A DNA stretch of 64,000 bases from an uncultured Clostridia bacterium (GTDB taxonomy: Bacteria; Bacillota; Clostridia; Christensenellales; UBA1242). The stretch covers positions 4,986-68,985 of the forward strand of contig CANQDK010000007.1 of the NCBI GenBank assembly GCA_947591785.1. Direction: 5' to 3'. Of this stretch, positions 36,605 to 48,800 are shown one piece after another. The notes beneath the pieces are model-generated. The model did no database searches and was not told where the DNA came from. It saw nothing but the letters and a program-made list of their open reading frames with translations. Every line of letters starts with the position of its first letter. Within the stretch, counting starts at the first letter, position 1. A program made the translations under genes and the position numbers.

Positions 36605-37318
36605 ATGACAGGAACACTAATTTTTGGAATTTTTAGTCTTATTTTTTGCATTTTGTTTTGTATTTTTAGAGCAAATAAGGCAAATGTTTATTCACTTATT
36701 TTAAAAATTGTTGCTTCATTATGCTTTATTTTATGTGGAATTTTTGCAGTGAGAGGAGCATCTCCTAGTGGCAATCTGCTTAGCATTGACCTTCTCATAA
36801 TCTGTGGTTTGGTGTGTGGACTTGTCGGTGATATAGTGCTTGATTTAAAAGTTATGTATCCACAACAAAACAATCAGTATTTCATTTCTGGCACTTCAGC
36901 TTTCTCACTTGGACATGTTTTTTACTTCCTTGCAACAGTTTTTTATAACAGTGAAATTTCACCAAAAATTCTCCCTTGGAATATCTTAGCATCCATTGGA
37001 ATTGCACTCATTTTGACAACTGTAATAATGCTAAGTTCAAAAAAGATGAATATGCAGTTTGGAAAAATGTTCTATGTTGTTGCGTTTTACAGTTTGATTT
37101 TGACATTCATGCTTTCATATTCAATTGCAGTTGCAATATTCAGTCCAATTTTCTGGATTTTTGCAGGTGGTATGATTGCTTTCATTTTGTCAGATCTTGT
37201 GTTGTCAATGCAATATTTCGGCAACAGACATGAAAAAGTTTGGATTTATGTAAATCATATTTTATATTATCTCGCACAAATTGCAATTGCATTTTCAATT
37301 TTATATCTTGTGATTTAA
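36605..37318 (+). CDS. YhhN-family membrane protein (lysoplasmalogenase family)
   Basis: 237 aa with about 8 TM helices. YhhN-like motifs GLVGDIVLD, FSLGHVFYF and FILSDLVLS. RBS AAAGGAGAAA. Confidence 0.75.
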   Translation: MTGTLIFGIFSLIFCILFCIFRANKANVYSLILKIVASLCFILCGIFAVRGASPSGNLLSIDLLIICGLVCGLVGDIVLDLKVMYPQQNNQYFISGTSAFSLGHVFYFLATVFYNSEISPKILPWNILASIGIALILTTVIMLSSKKMNMQFGKMFYVVAFYSLILTFMLSYSIAVAIFSPIFWIFAGGMIAFILSDLVLSMQYFGNRHEKVWIYVNHILYYLAQIAIAFSILYLVI

Positions 37319-37449
37319 CTAAAAAATCAAAAAAAAATAAATTATTTAAAATTAATAAAATTTCTTAAATTAATAAATTTTTAAATTAAATTAATAGAAT
37401 TTTTAACCAAATTAAGTAAATTTAATTAAAAATAAATTTAAAAAAAAAA

Positions 37450-37468
37450 AACACCAAAATTTGGTGTT
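37450..37468. terminator. bidirectional rho-independent terminator
   Basis: AACACCA-(loop)-TGGTGTT, preceded by A12 and followed by a T-run, between convergent yhhN-like and tmk genes. Confidence 0.6.
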
Positions 37469-37561
37469 TTTTGTTATTTTTCCTTTTTTTTGATAATTTA
37501 ATTTGATAGTTTAATTATAAATTTTTTTATATATTTTTATATTTTATTTTTTTACATTAAT

Positions 37562-38194
37562 TTATTTTTTTATTCTTTTTTGATATATTTCTTTTATGTT
37601 ATTAAAAACCTCATCTGGACTTTGTGATGCATCAATAACAACAATTCTGTTAGGAAATTTTTTAGCAATTTCAAGATAGCCATCGTGAACTTTCTCGTGA
37701 AAAGATAATGATTTCCTCTCAATTCTGTCAAAATTTTTTAAGTTTTCATCTTTCTGTTTTCTTTGCATTCCAACTTCTGTTTTTAAATCTAAAAGAAATG
37801 TTAAATCAGGCTCAACTCCATCAGTCACAAATTTTGTCGTTTGAATAATTTTGTTTATATCCACTCCCCCTGCATATCCTTGATAGGCAATGGAACTATC
37901 AAAATATCTATCCATAACAACAACCTTTCCTTCTTCCAATGCAGGTTTCACAACCTCGTTTATCAATTTGCTTCGACTAACACAGAAAAGAAAAAATTCC
38001 GTTAATGGTGAAATGTCCCCTTTATAGTTAAGCAATATATTCCTGATTTCTTCCCCAAGTTCTGTTCCACCAGGCTCTCTTGTCAACAAAAAGTCAACAC
38101 CTTGTTCTTTCAAATATTGCGTAAATTTTTTTATTTGTGTGCTTTTTCCACACCCTTCTCCACCTTCAAATGAAATAAGAAAACCTTTCTTCAT
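37562..38194 (-). CDS. tmk: dTMP (thymidylate) kinase
   Basis: P-loop FISFEGGEGCGKSTQ, TREPGGT, and the DRY motif (MDRYFDSSIAYQG). The start is at MKKGF, preceded by GGAGG. Confidence 0.93.
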   Translation of the reverse strand: MKKGFLISFEGGEGCGKSTQIKKFTQYLKEQGVDFLLTREPGGTELGEEIRNILLNYKGDISPLTEFFLFCVSRSKLINEVVKPALEEGKVVVMDRYFDSSIAYQGYAGGVDINKIIQTTKFVTDGVEPDLTFLLDLKTEVGMQRKQKDENLKNFDRIERKSLSFHEKVHDGYLEIAKKFPNRIVVIDASQSPDEVFNNIKEIYQKRIKK

Positions 38195-38376
38195 TTTCAC
38201 CTCCAATTTGATTATATCTCAATTACATTTAAAAACCAAATTTTTTAAGTGTTTTTCTATTTTCTTTATTACATAAATTTTTAATAAATTTTTTTAACAT
38301 TTTTGTTTTTTAATTTTTAAATTTTTTATATATAAATAAATTTTATTTTTAAGTTTTTTTAGAATTTTTAAAATAA

Positions 38377-38397
38377 AAAAGCGTTTTTCACGCTTTT
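38377..38397 (-). terminator. rho-independent terminator after the oxidoreductase gene
   Basis: AAAAGCG-TTTTTCA-CGCTTTT. The minus-strand reading is followed by a T-run. Confidence 0.55.
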
Positions 38398-38401
38398 TCA
38401 C

Positions 38402-39568
38402 TTATTTTTTTGATTTCTTTTCTTTATTTGTTTTCTTTGATTTTTCAGTTTCATGCTCACAGCAGCATTCATCATCACAGCAACAATCATCTTCAAAAAG
38501 ATATTTTTCCAAGCTCTCTTGTTTATAAAAATTCTCTGGCATGAATTCTGTTGTAAAATATCCCGCTGGAGCAACCAAAAGTTCTGGCAAACGATTAACG
38601 ATTGTTGCACAAGTCAATTCAACAGTTGCAGGCCTTTCAATCACAACTCTTGTGTTTGGCTCTCCTTCAATTGTCCAATCATTGCAATCAAACTCTGTGC
38701 TGTCGTAAACCTTTCCAATACATTCTGTTTCAAGCACGATTCCTTCTTTTGTTGTGGTTGTCACAACCGCACTCATTCCAGTGCATGCTCCCTTTGGTAT
38801 TGTCATTTCAAGTGTTTTGCTTTTTAGGTTTTTCTTTGCAATTTGTGGAACACATTTTTGTGTTTGGCTTTTTACTGTCAATCCAAGTTTACTACAGAGC
38901 CAGCCGTTCACATTCCACATATAACTTGGAGCATATTTCCCTGCCATTATTATCTTTTTTCTCTCTGCATCACTTATGCGGTCAATTGAAGCAACTTCTT
39001 TATCAAATTCTTCAGTTGAAAGCCCTGCACCATGTGCTTTTGCAAGTGCGATGCCGTAGTCTTCAACATTATAAGATGACTTTCCTCTTATCTTTGTGAT
39101 TTTATGAGTTGCACCTGCAAGCACACTGATAAGATTTCCCCAAAAAACATCTTGATAGCCACTGCCACAAATTGTGCAGTTGTTTGCCTGTGCAAGTTCA
39201 TCAATCTTCTTAAAAAGTTTTGGATTGCTGTTTTGTGGGAAGAATGCTTCTTCACAAGTGGTAATTGCATTGACTCCACATTTAGCACAAATAAGCAAAG
39301 CATCAGCAACATCATTAAGCAAACTCATTGTTGTAACAATTACTGCATCAACATCATTAGTGTTTAAGAAATTTTCAAAATTTTTTGCATCTTGAATTTT
39401 CACACGATAATTCTTTCCATCATCAATGATAGTCCCAATATCTTTTCCAAATTTTGATTCATCAATATCAAAAGCCCCAACAATTTTTGCACCTTTTTCA
39501 AAGCAATATCTCATTGTGTATTTTGACATTTTTCCACAACCATATTGCACAACTTTTATTTTTTCCAT
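38402..39568 (-). CDS. NAD(P)-binding oxidoreductase (DapB-like / amine-dehydrogenase-like family) with Cys-rich acidic C-terminal tail
   Basis: N-terminal Rossmann KVVQYGCGKMSKY...IVGAFD. Length and layout resemble the 2,4-diaminopentanoate dehydrogenase / DapB-like family. The tail is FEDDCCCDDECCCEHETEKSKKTNKEKKSKK. RBS AAAGGAGAAG. Confidence 0.65.
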   Translation of the reverse strand: MEKIKVVQYGCGKMSKYTMRYCFEKGAKIVGAFDIDESKFGKDIGTIIDDGKNYRVKIQDAKNFENFLNTNDVDAVIVTTMSLLNDVADALLICAKCGVNAITTCEEAFFPQNSNPKLFKKIDELAQANNCTICGSGYQDVFWGNLISVLAGATHKITKIRGKSSYNVEDYGIALAKAHGAGLSTEEFDKEVASIDRISDAERKKIIMAGKYAPSYMWNVNGWLCSKLGLTVKSQTQKCVPQIAKKNLKSKTLEMTIPKGACTGMSAVVTTTTKEGIVLETECIGKVYDSTEFDCNDWTIEGEPNTRVVIERPATVELTCATIVNRLPELLVAPAGYFTTEFMPENFYKQESLEKYLFEDDCCCDDECCCEHETEKSKKTNKEKKSKK

Positions 39569-39819
39569 ATCTTCTCCTTTTTTTAGAATGTTAATTTCAT
39601 TTTATAATATTTTCTTCAAAATTTCAAATTATTTACTAAAATTTCATATTTTTATTTTAAATTTTTTATTTTTGTCTTTTTTTTGTTTTATTTTATTTTT
39701 TTTCTTATTTTTATTAATTAGTTTCATTTTGAACAATTTAATTTTTCGTAAATAAATTTAATTTTTTATTAACAATTCATTTATTTTTTATTCTTCCACA
39801 TTTTTTATATTCAAAAAAA

Positions 39820-39835
39820 AGAGCAAAACTGCTCT
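39820..39835 (-). terminator. rho-independent terminator of the giant gene
   Basis: AGAGCA-AAAC-TGCTCT flanked by A8 and T8, 17 nt after the stop codon. Confidence 0.65.
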
Positions 39836-39852
39836 TTTTTTTGATTTGGAAA

Positions 39853-42800
39853 CTATTGTTTGCTCATATATTTTCGTTTTTTATCTCGTTTTCGTCTTAT
39901 TATTAAAGCAAGGGCTACAATAAGGACAAGAACTAAGATTATTATTATAAGAATCCACAACCAGCCCAAATCAACTTCTGCATCAGCCCAAATTGCATAG
40001 AGTTCAAGTCTTTCAAAGTCAACAACAATTGTTGCACCGTCAAAATACAACAGATTGCCATCTTTATCTCCCCAACCAACAAAAATTTTGTTTCCATTTC
40101 TAAATGTATTGGATTGAAGAGTCATTGTTGAACCATACGTTAATGGTTTTTGTTCAAAGAATTCTATGCTTCCATTGTTTGGCCTAAATACTATTGATGA
40201 TGTTTTTCTCAATGCGTTTGCATAAAGTTTAAAGTCTTCAATTGATTCAACACTAAAGCGGAAGTTTCTTTCGATTGTTGAACCAGAGATATCAAAGCCG
40301 TTCAATTTCCAACCATTAAATTCATAACCGCTTTCCAAATCAACTGTAAGATTTAGAATTGCAGAATATTTAATACGATATCTTGTGACGCTGACACCTT
40401 GATAGTCTTCAAGACTAAGAACTCCATATTCTTCTGCTTCTTCAACAATTACATCTGAAATACCAACTGTTTTTCCAACAGAGAATGTAACATAAACAAG
40501 GAAATATCTGATTGTTATTTCAGTTGTTCCATCTCCAGAAACAATATATTCTGTGTCAGTTGTTTCATAATCGTATCCCTTAAATTGCTTTGTTAAGTCA
40601 TGTAGATTTATGGTGTAACCTTCACCCCAACCAACAGATGAATTTGTGATTACATCTTTTTCTTTGACTTTCTCAATTGTTTCTGTCACTTCAAGTTTAA
40701 ATTCTTGGCCAAGAATTTCAACATAGTGGTTCAAGATAAACGAACTCTTTCCTTCAATCGCTTTTGCTTGAATTTCAAAAGAAAGTTCACTGGTAAGTTC
40801 AAAATTCATAACACTTTCATTAATTCTGAAAATATATGATTGACGTTCTTCATCCCAACCAGGAAGAGTCTTTTCTTCACCATTTACTGTCACAACACAA
40901 GAAACAAAATCGTATCCTTTCTTCACAACAACTTTAACTTCAATCTCGTCTCCAAAGTAAATCTCATTTTGATTTGAAGCATTTACATAAATTTGTTCAC
41001 CATTAATGTCAACATATTCAATTTGCTCAGGGTTGTATGTGACTGTGATTCTAACTTGTTTTGGTGTAAAGAAGAACTTAATTACAGATTTTCCGCTTCC
41101 ATCAATGTATGCTGTCCCTTCCATTAAAACGCCTTCAACTTCAAATGAATAATTATTATCATATTCATAACCATTAAATTTGTCTTTGTAAAGCGTATCA
41201 AAATCTTTGACATACTTGGAAATATTCTCTGCAAATTCAGAAAGTTGCTCCTCTGTGAAAGTATCTTTTGTTGTTCCAACTTGATTTGATTGACAGATTT
41301 TTGTTTCAAGTCCATCTCTTGAGAGTGTGTAGTATTCCAATGTGTATGGAGTGTCATCTCGTGGTGCAATTGTGATTACAATTGAAACAGACTGTGTTAC
41401 TGCTTTACTCATTGTGTAAGAAATTGTGACAATTCTTTCTATCTCATTGTTTTGAGCTTCATTTTTATCTTCAACTTCTTCACCTTCAACAGCCAATTCG
41501 TAATCTTCAAATTTGAATCCTTGTTTATAGGATACTTTCAAAGTTAATGTCTGTCCAAACGCAAGTGTGACTGGAGAATCCAACTCTATTTCTTCTTCAT
41601 CACTTTCACGTTTCACCATTGCATTATCAAAACCGTTTCTTTCATCATTAAATGTGACAACAACATTATATACAATACGGTTGTAATAGAAATAAACTTG
41701 TTTATCAACATCAACTTCAAGATAGTCGCCCGCTATTATAGAAGATTTTAATGCATAGAAACCTTCTCCCGCAAGAGTTGTATCATTCTCTTTGAAACCA
41801 ACATATTCATCACTAAGTTCGTCATCAACATAACCTGTCTTGATTTCAACAAGAGAAATATCTTCTTCATAGTCTTCTTCATTATCTGAGAGATTGAGTG
41901 GTTGTTTCATGATATGAACAGTATAGTTAATCATATCAGCTTGTGGGTCAAGAGTTATTGTCACGTTTTCTGCTGGCATGTTAAATTTGATTGTAACAAC
42001 CAAACTTCCTTCTTCTTGTTCCCATGAGAATTCCATATCCCTTGATTCGTCACCTTTGTCAATTTGAACAGTGATATTCTCTTTTGCCAAAGTGTAACCT
42101 TTTTTGAGTGTGAAGGACAAAGAAACTTCTTCTTCATAAAGTGCTGTTCCGTAAAGCACAATTCCTAGATAGTCTTCAAATGCTTTTGGACATTTTTCAT
42201 TTTCTTCATTAAAGTTGATTGTATAATCAAAGGAATCTCTCCTGTATCTAACTCTTACAACTGTCTTTCCGTCACCCCTGATTAATATATCCTTTCCGTT
42301 GACAACATCACCCTCAAACATTTCCGCACTATCTTTAATGAAACCAGTCAAATCAAGAGCTGTTTCTTGTTCTATAATGGCACTTACAATATTCCAAGTG
42401 ATTAGTGATGCGGTTTCTCCTTTTGTTCTTTCATTTGAGATTGTGTATTCCGCACTTTCGCCAACTTCATAACTGTATGTTCCATCAAGTTTTTGTTTGT
42501 AAATCTCAATCGTGTATGGAGTGTCTGGATTTGGCTCTGCTTTAACTCTCAGATAAATATCTCCAGCAATATATTTCCTGATTCCATCTTCAACCAATGA
42601 GCCTTGCATTTTCAGGGTTTGCCCTTCAAGTTCAACTGTTGCATTTTCAACAACAGTTCCCTTAACTGTTATTGCCTCAAATTCCAATTTTGGACTGTTA
42701 TATCCAAGTGCAGGTTTAAAGACAAGTTTTACCGTGGCTTCATAATTTACACTGAATTTGACAATACGATTTCCTGTGTCAACTTCTCTGCCTGAATAGT

Positions 42801-45800
42801 AAGCAGGGTTAACATTTGAATCCATTTGAATTGTTGTTTCATCAATGCTTTCGTCATATTCAACACTCAAAGTATATGAAAGTCTTAAGAAATAAACTTT
42901 AACAACAAGTGTGTTCTTTAATGATTCATCATCTGTCACTTCCAAATCTGGATTTGACCTTGTCTTATTCAAATCATAATCAAATCCAACATATTGATAT
43001 TCTTCATTATCACGAACATAAGTTCTATAAACTGAGTCTGCACTAATGCTTGTGTTTATATCAACTTGAATCGTGAATTCATCAACCAACAAACTTCCTT
43101 CATAGCCACCATCAATATTTGCACGAATAATTTGAACTCTAACATCAACTTTGCCATTTTCCCAAATTGCATAAAGTTCAATATCCTTCTCTCCTGTGAA
43201 ATAGGTTGAAGATATAACAACATCATCAGATGTTTCACATCTTTCGATTTCAATCCACTCGTCACCATCTTTATATTGCCAACCTTTGAAATCGTGCCCA
43301 TACCACTTCCAATTTGGATTTTCTTTTACAATATTATCAAATGACCCAAGTTTAATACCGCCTTCTTGACCATATACCACTTGTCCAATATCTTTGCTTG
43401 CTGATTTATCTTCATTCTTATAAAGCATGATGTTATATTTGTTTGGATTCCAAACAACAAGCACAGTCACTTCGTCATCGCCATTTGCTCCTGTCACAAG
43501 ATTGTATGCATAATAGATTTCGTCAACAAGATATAATCCTTTCTCATTGATTTGGTCAAGATTTTCTCTCTCTTTAACTTCATTTTCTATGCCAGAAATT
43601 GCAAGCCCACCAAATGTGTGTCCTATTTTGCTGAACTTGTTGAGACTTTCTTTTGTAAAGAGTTCTTTCTTTTCACCATAAAAGGCTTCAATTGATGAAA
43701 TTTCTCCAAGAGTCCCATCTTCTGTTACACCACCATTAACATCAAAGTTGATAGTATAGTTGTTTGGTGACCATTTTCCCCACAATTCAATTGATGAAGT
43801 ATATACACTTGTTTCTTCATCAAATTTAAAGAATTGTGTTGCTTCATAATCAATTTCTGTATGAGTTTTGTCTGTAAGCCACCCATCAATCTTCCAACCT
43901 GTAACTGCAAATTCTTTTGGAACTGCAAGTGCAAAGTCTTTTGTCCATTTCTCTGTTTGATAAGAAAGTTTTTCCTCTTCTTCACCATCAAAATTGCTGT
44001 GATAAGTAATTGTAATTTCTTTTAGAGATGTTGCAATTTCAACATTAAGGTCACACGCTTTTTCAAGTGTAAATGTAAACGAATTTTCTTCAAGACTCTC
44101 AAAAGTCTTTGTTTCCATTTCGCCATTAATTGCAGAAATTCTTGCATAATCAAATTCAAAACCTTCTTTGATTGTAACAACAACAGTCAAACTTGATGTG
44201 TATTCCACTTCTGCAACCGTTCCACCTTCAACTTCGTCATTGTATGTGAACGAGCCTTCTTCTTTTGAAGATTGAGTGTATGTCATTGTCACTGAATCAA
44301 AACCATTATAGTTTTGGGTTTCTGTCACACCTTCACCTGTCAAGAAGAATTCAATATTAAATCGTTCAAGAGTATAGTCAACGATTGTTTTGCTTGAACC
44401 ATCTGGTTTGATTTGAGTGTCACAACCCTCTCTTATTGCCTTGAATTTATATCCTGCATATTCAATATTTTCAATTCTAAGGAAGCCCTCTTGAACTATT
44501 TCATCAGTAATGCTTGACAAAGTTTCCCTTGTCATGCTGTCAACAGTTCCAAGAATAACATCTTCCCCATTAATGTCAATTGCATGATATTCAACAGTAA
44601 ACTTTGTTGCTGTTCCACGAGTTGTCCAAACTGCAGTGGCTGTCAAAACTCCACCATTCACAAAGAATTCATCTGGAAGCAAATCAAACATATTTTCATT
44701 TGTCAAAGTTTCTCCGTTTGCAAAATGGTATGCGTTTTCTCCAATTTGAATATTCCAATAGTCGAAATTGAATCCCATCAAAGCAAATTGATTTGCAATC
44801 AAAGCTTGGTCAACACCTTTGTATATCACTTCTTGTTCATACTGTTTTTCGCCATTTTCAGTCTGTGCACCTTCTTCTTCAGCAATAAACAAAATCTTAA
44901 ATTTAGATGCATCAGCACAGACATAAACTTCACAACCATCTGCTGAAAGTGGCATAACAAATGTGTTTCCTTCACTTTCAACATTTGAGATTGTTGGAGT
45001 TTCATAACCAAATTTTGAAGTCATTGTAAGAGAAACAGTCACACCATGTTTAACTTGTGCAGTTAATGTTGTGGTGTTTTCAGTTTCATCAACTTTTCCT
45101 TGCCCATCTGTTACAACAATTCCATAACCTTCATCTATTTGCACTTTTTCAACAGAGTTGTTATCAACAACGACTGTAAGGTCATAAGAAAGACGCTTGA
45201 AGAAAAGTTTTAATGTAAGGTCATCACTAGATGCATCTTTAACTTCAATTCTTGTTATATTTCTTTGTCCATCTGGTGTTTGGTCATCTTCTCCAAACAC
45301 TTCAAAACCTTCAACTGCTTGCATAGGAATGATAATTGTTGAATCTTCAACATCACCTATTCCAATGATATCACCAGTTAATGCAGGGCCTGTGAGAGAT
45401 TTCAACAAACTTTCATCTTGTTCATAATCACCATTTGTTGTATTCTCAAACCAGAATTCAATTGTATAATTTCCGCTATTTCTTTCCCAAACTGCATAGA
45501 GTGTCAAATCATCAGTGTAGTTATAACTCTCAAATGACAAATCGTCTTTTTCATTGTCGAATTTATATGTCACTTCACCAGCATTTGAAGCACCTTGAGA
45601 AGTTGCCCAACCAACAAAGTGATAACCGACATAGTTCCAACCACCTTCAACAACATTTGAGATGTTCAAAATTGTATATTCTGTCAAATAGACAACATTT
45701 TTAACAACTGGCTCAGTTTCGTCACCAGCATTCTTATTGTAAGTTATGTGGAATGTTTTAGGAGAAATTGTCAAGCTGATTTCAATGTCATAAGCAGGCA

Positions 45801-48800
45801 TTGAAACAATTTCATAAGCATATCCGCCCAAATCCTTAAATTCACAAATAAGTGTTTCTTCAAGATAGAATCCTTGCTTTCCTTCAACAGTTTTCCAAAC
45901 AAGGTCACCACCAGCACCAACAGAACCCTGTGTTTTGATTGCCTTTGCTGAGATGTTTGTGATTTCATATCCAGCAGATGTCAATGACACAACAACCTTA
46001 ACTCTGCCATTATACATAACATTATAAGGATTGCTTCCGTCAACAATATCGTTCACCTCGTCAAGAGATTGAACTTCATAAGAATTAAATCCACTGAGAG
46101 AATCTTCATCTGCTTCAACAGAAACTGCATAGTGAACACGTTGATAGTGAACATAGACAACAGTTATTGCATCTTCATCTTGCTCCCCATCATTATCTTT
46201 GTCAACAAATCTGTTGTAAACAGGGCCATCTCCATCTTTTCCAACAGTTGCGATTGCGGTGAAGCCTTCATAAGTTTTAAGTTTGTCATGTGAATTTAAA
46301 TATTCAATATTAAGGTTGACATCTGTCATTCCGACAGAGAATTCTTCGTCTTCCTCTTCAATTGTGAATTCTCCATTTAAGGCTTGTCTTTGATGAACAA
46401 CCTTATATTTTGTTGTTGCACTTGGTTCTGTGTTGACAGTGACTGTTGTCAATCCTTTAATTGTGAAGTAGAAATATGTTCCATGTTCATCAGAGCCTTC
46501 TGTGAAGGAAACAACTTCATCATCAGCATCTTTATGCAATTTCGCTGTGAACGAAACAAATGCATAGCCTCCATACAGGAAGTCACTTGTGTCATCATAG
46601 ACAGAATAGAATTTCAAAACATCGTTATACTTAACATCAAATTCGCTACCGAAACCGCTCTTTTCAATGTCATTAACGAAAATCTTAAGTTTATTTACAT
46701 TTGCACCATTTGAAGGGTTTGCTTCCAAAATAACACTGACATCTTTTGGTTGCCAGATTGCGTAAAGTGTAACTTTTTCACTATATCCTTGTGCCTTGTC
46801 AAGAACATAAATGTTTGTCCATTGAGCAACAAGGTTTTCTTTATCGTTTGTCCAACCAAGAATCTTATCATAGCCTTCTTGTGTGAATTTCGTAGCAACT
46901 TCTTCAATGTCAACTTCTTGCATATAGCATTTTTCAATCATTTCAAAAGTTCTTGAACCACTTTCATCTTGTCCGCCATTTGCGTCAAAGGTGATTGAAT
47001 AAAGTTTTCCTTGATGATTTGCAGTGATTGTCAAATGTGTTGCAGTCATGCTGTCAAGCGTGCCTGTGTAGCCAACCTTTTCTTCATAAACTGCTTCAAT
47101 AGATTTTCCATCATCACGAGAGAAGTTTGTGATTTCATAGCCATTATCACTTGATGTTCCAATAAGTTTCAATTGTGCTTCATATCGAACATAAGTTGCT
47201 CCACCAAGTTTGCGAACATAGAAATCAGCCTCTTTATTGATTCCTAATGCTTCAACAGTGACAGAAATTTCGTCAATTGTTCCACCTAGTGTGAGTTCAA
47301 TATATTCTCTTTCATATCTTATTTCAACAGTCAAAACTTTGTCTGCACTTGGAGCAACGAAGATGGACAATTCACTTGTATAAGCAAATCCATCAATTGC
47401 TGGCAATTCTTCTAATGGGATTTTGCTCAACACTGTTGCAAGGTCAAGCATTGTATCAGTTTCTGCTGACAATCCTGTGTATTTGCTTTCAACATCCTCT
47501 GTTAAGTATTTGTGTGCTTCATCTTCTGAGAAATCTTTATCATCAAGATTTTCAAACTTGAACACAACATCAAATGTTGAATCTGCTTTCTCCCAAATTG
47601 CATAAAGAGTTAAATCTTCTTCAACATCAACAATAAACGCATCTGTGGAAATTGTTTCGCCATTTGATGTCAAAGCCCAACCTAAAAATTTATAACCCTT
47701 ACGTGTTCCGTTAGGGAATTTTGTCAATGGAGTTTCTGCTCCTTCCAATTTTGTGTAAGCATTGTCAAGAGCATCTCCAAAGCGGACAAAAATGTCTTCT
47801 TCCGCATTTTCAATTGTCACATCACCAGTTGTTCCATCAGCTTTATTTTCTACAAAATTCAATTTGATTTCTTTTGCATCATAAACAACTTTATATTTAA
47901 GTCCATCAAATGAAGCAAAATCATCTTCTTCTCCAACAAATTCCATTGTTCCAGAAATTGTTTCTTGTTCTGGATTAACAAGGCTATATCCTCGAACAAC
48001 TGGCGAAGAAACGCTGAATGTTTCTCCATAGTTAACATTTACTTCATGTTTTTCTGCCAAAACTTTCTTTTCTGTTCTGTTTCCTGGAGTTCCAATATAT
48101 GCAAAATATTCAATAGTAAGTTTATATGGTGTTCCTTCCCAAATTGCTTTCAAAGTGATGTCACCATAAGTCCCTTGATTTACTAAAATCTTTGCACTCA
48201 AACGAATTGTTGAATCTGGGAATTGTGTTTTCCAATTTCCATCAGCAGAAACAACTTCAAATCCTGTTAAGGAGTAGCCATTTCTTGTGATAAAATCTCC
48301 ATCTAAGAGTGTTAAGTCAGCATCAGAAATTTTGAATGATTTTCTGTTTTGTTCGTCAAGTCCGTGTTCTCCTGCAAGTTTTCCGCCATTAAGTTCATAA
48401 GTCACATAATAAGTTTCTGCTTTCCAAATTGCATAAAGTGTGACTCTATTATCTTCTTCTGTGCCTGTTGCAAGATTGATTGGCTCAATATCAAAAGTTC
48501 CATCTTCTTGCAATGCAAAGAATTTGTAATCTGCATCTTCTGGGCTTTCACTTATGCTCTTTGTTGCCCAACCAAGGAAGACGTAACCTGTCAATCTGAC
48601 ATCACCTTTTGTCAAAGTTGTCACTTTCTGATCATAATAAGCTGTAATATCTTCTGGCATAACAATTTTTGATGTGTCACCATAAAGTTTGTCACCATCA
48701 TTATCAACAGTGTTTGCATTGAATGTGATTATGTAAGAATTTTCATTCCATACTGCATAAAGTGTGACTGTTTGAGTGTCTGCATCACCGTTAACCATAA

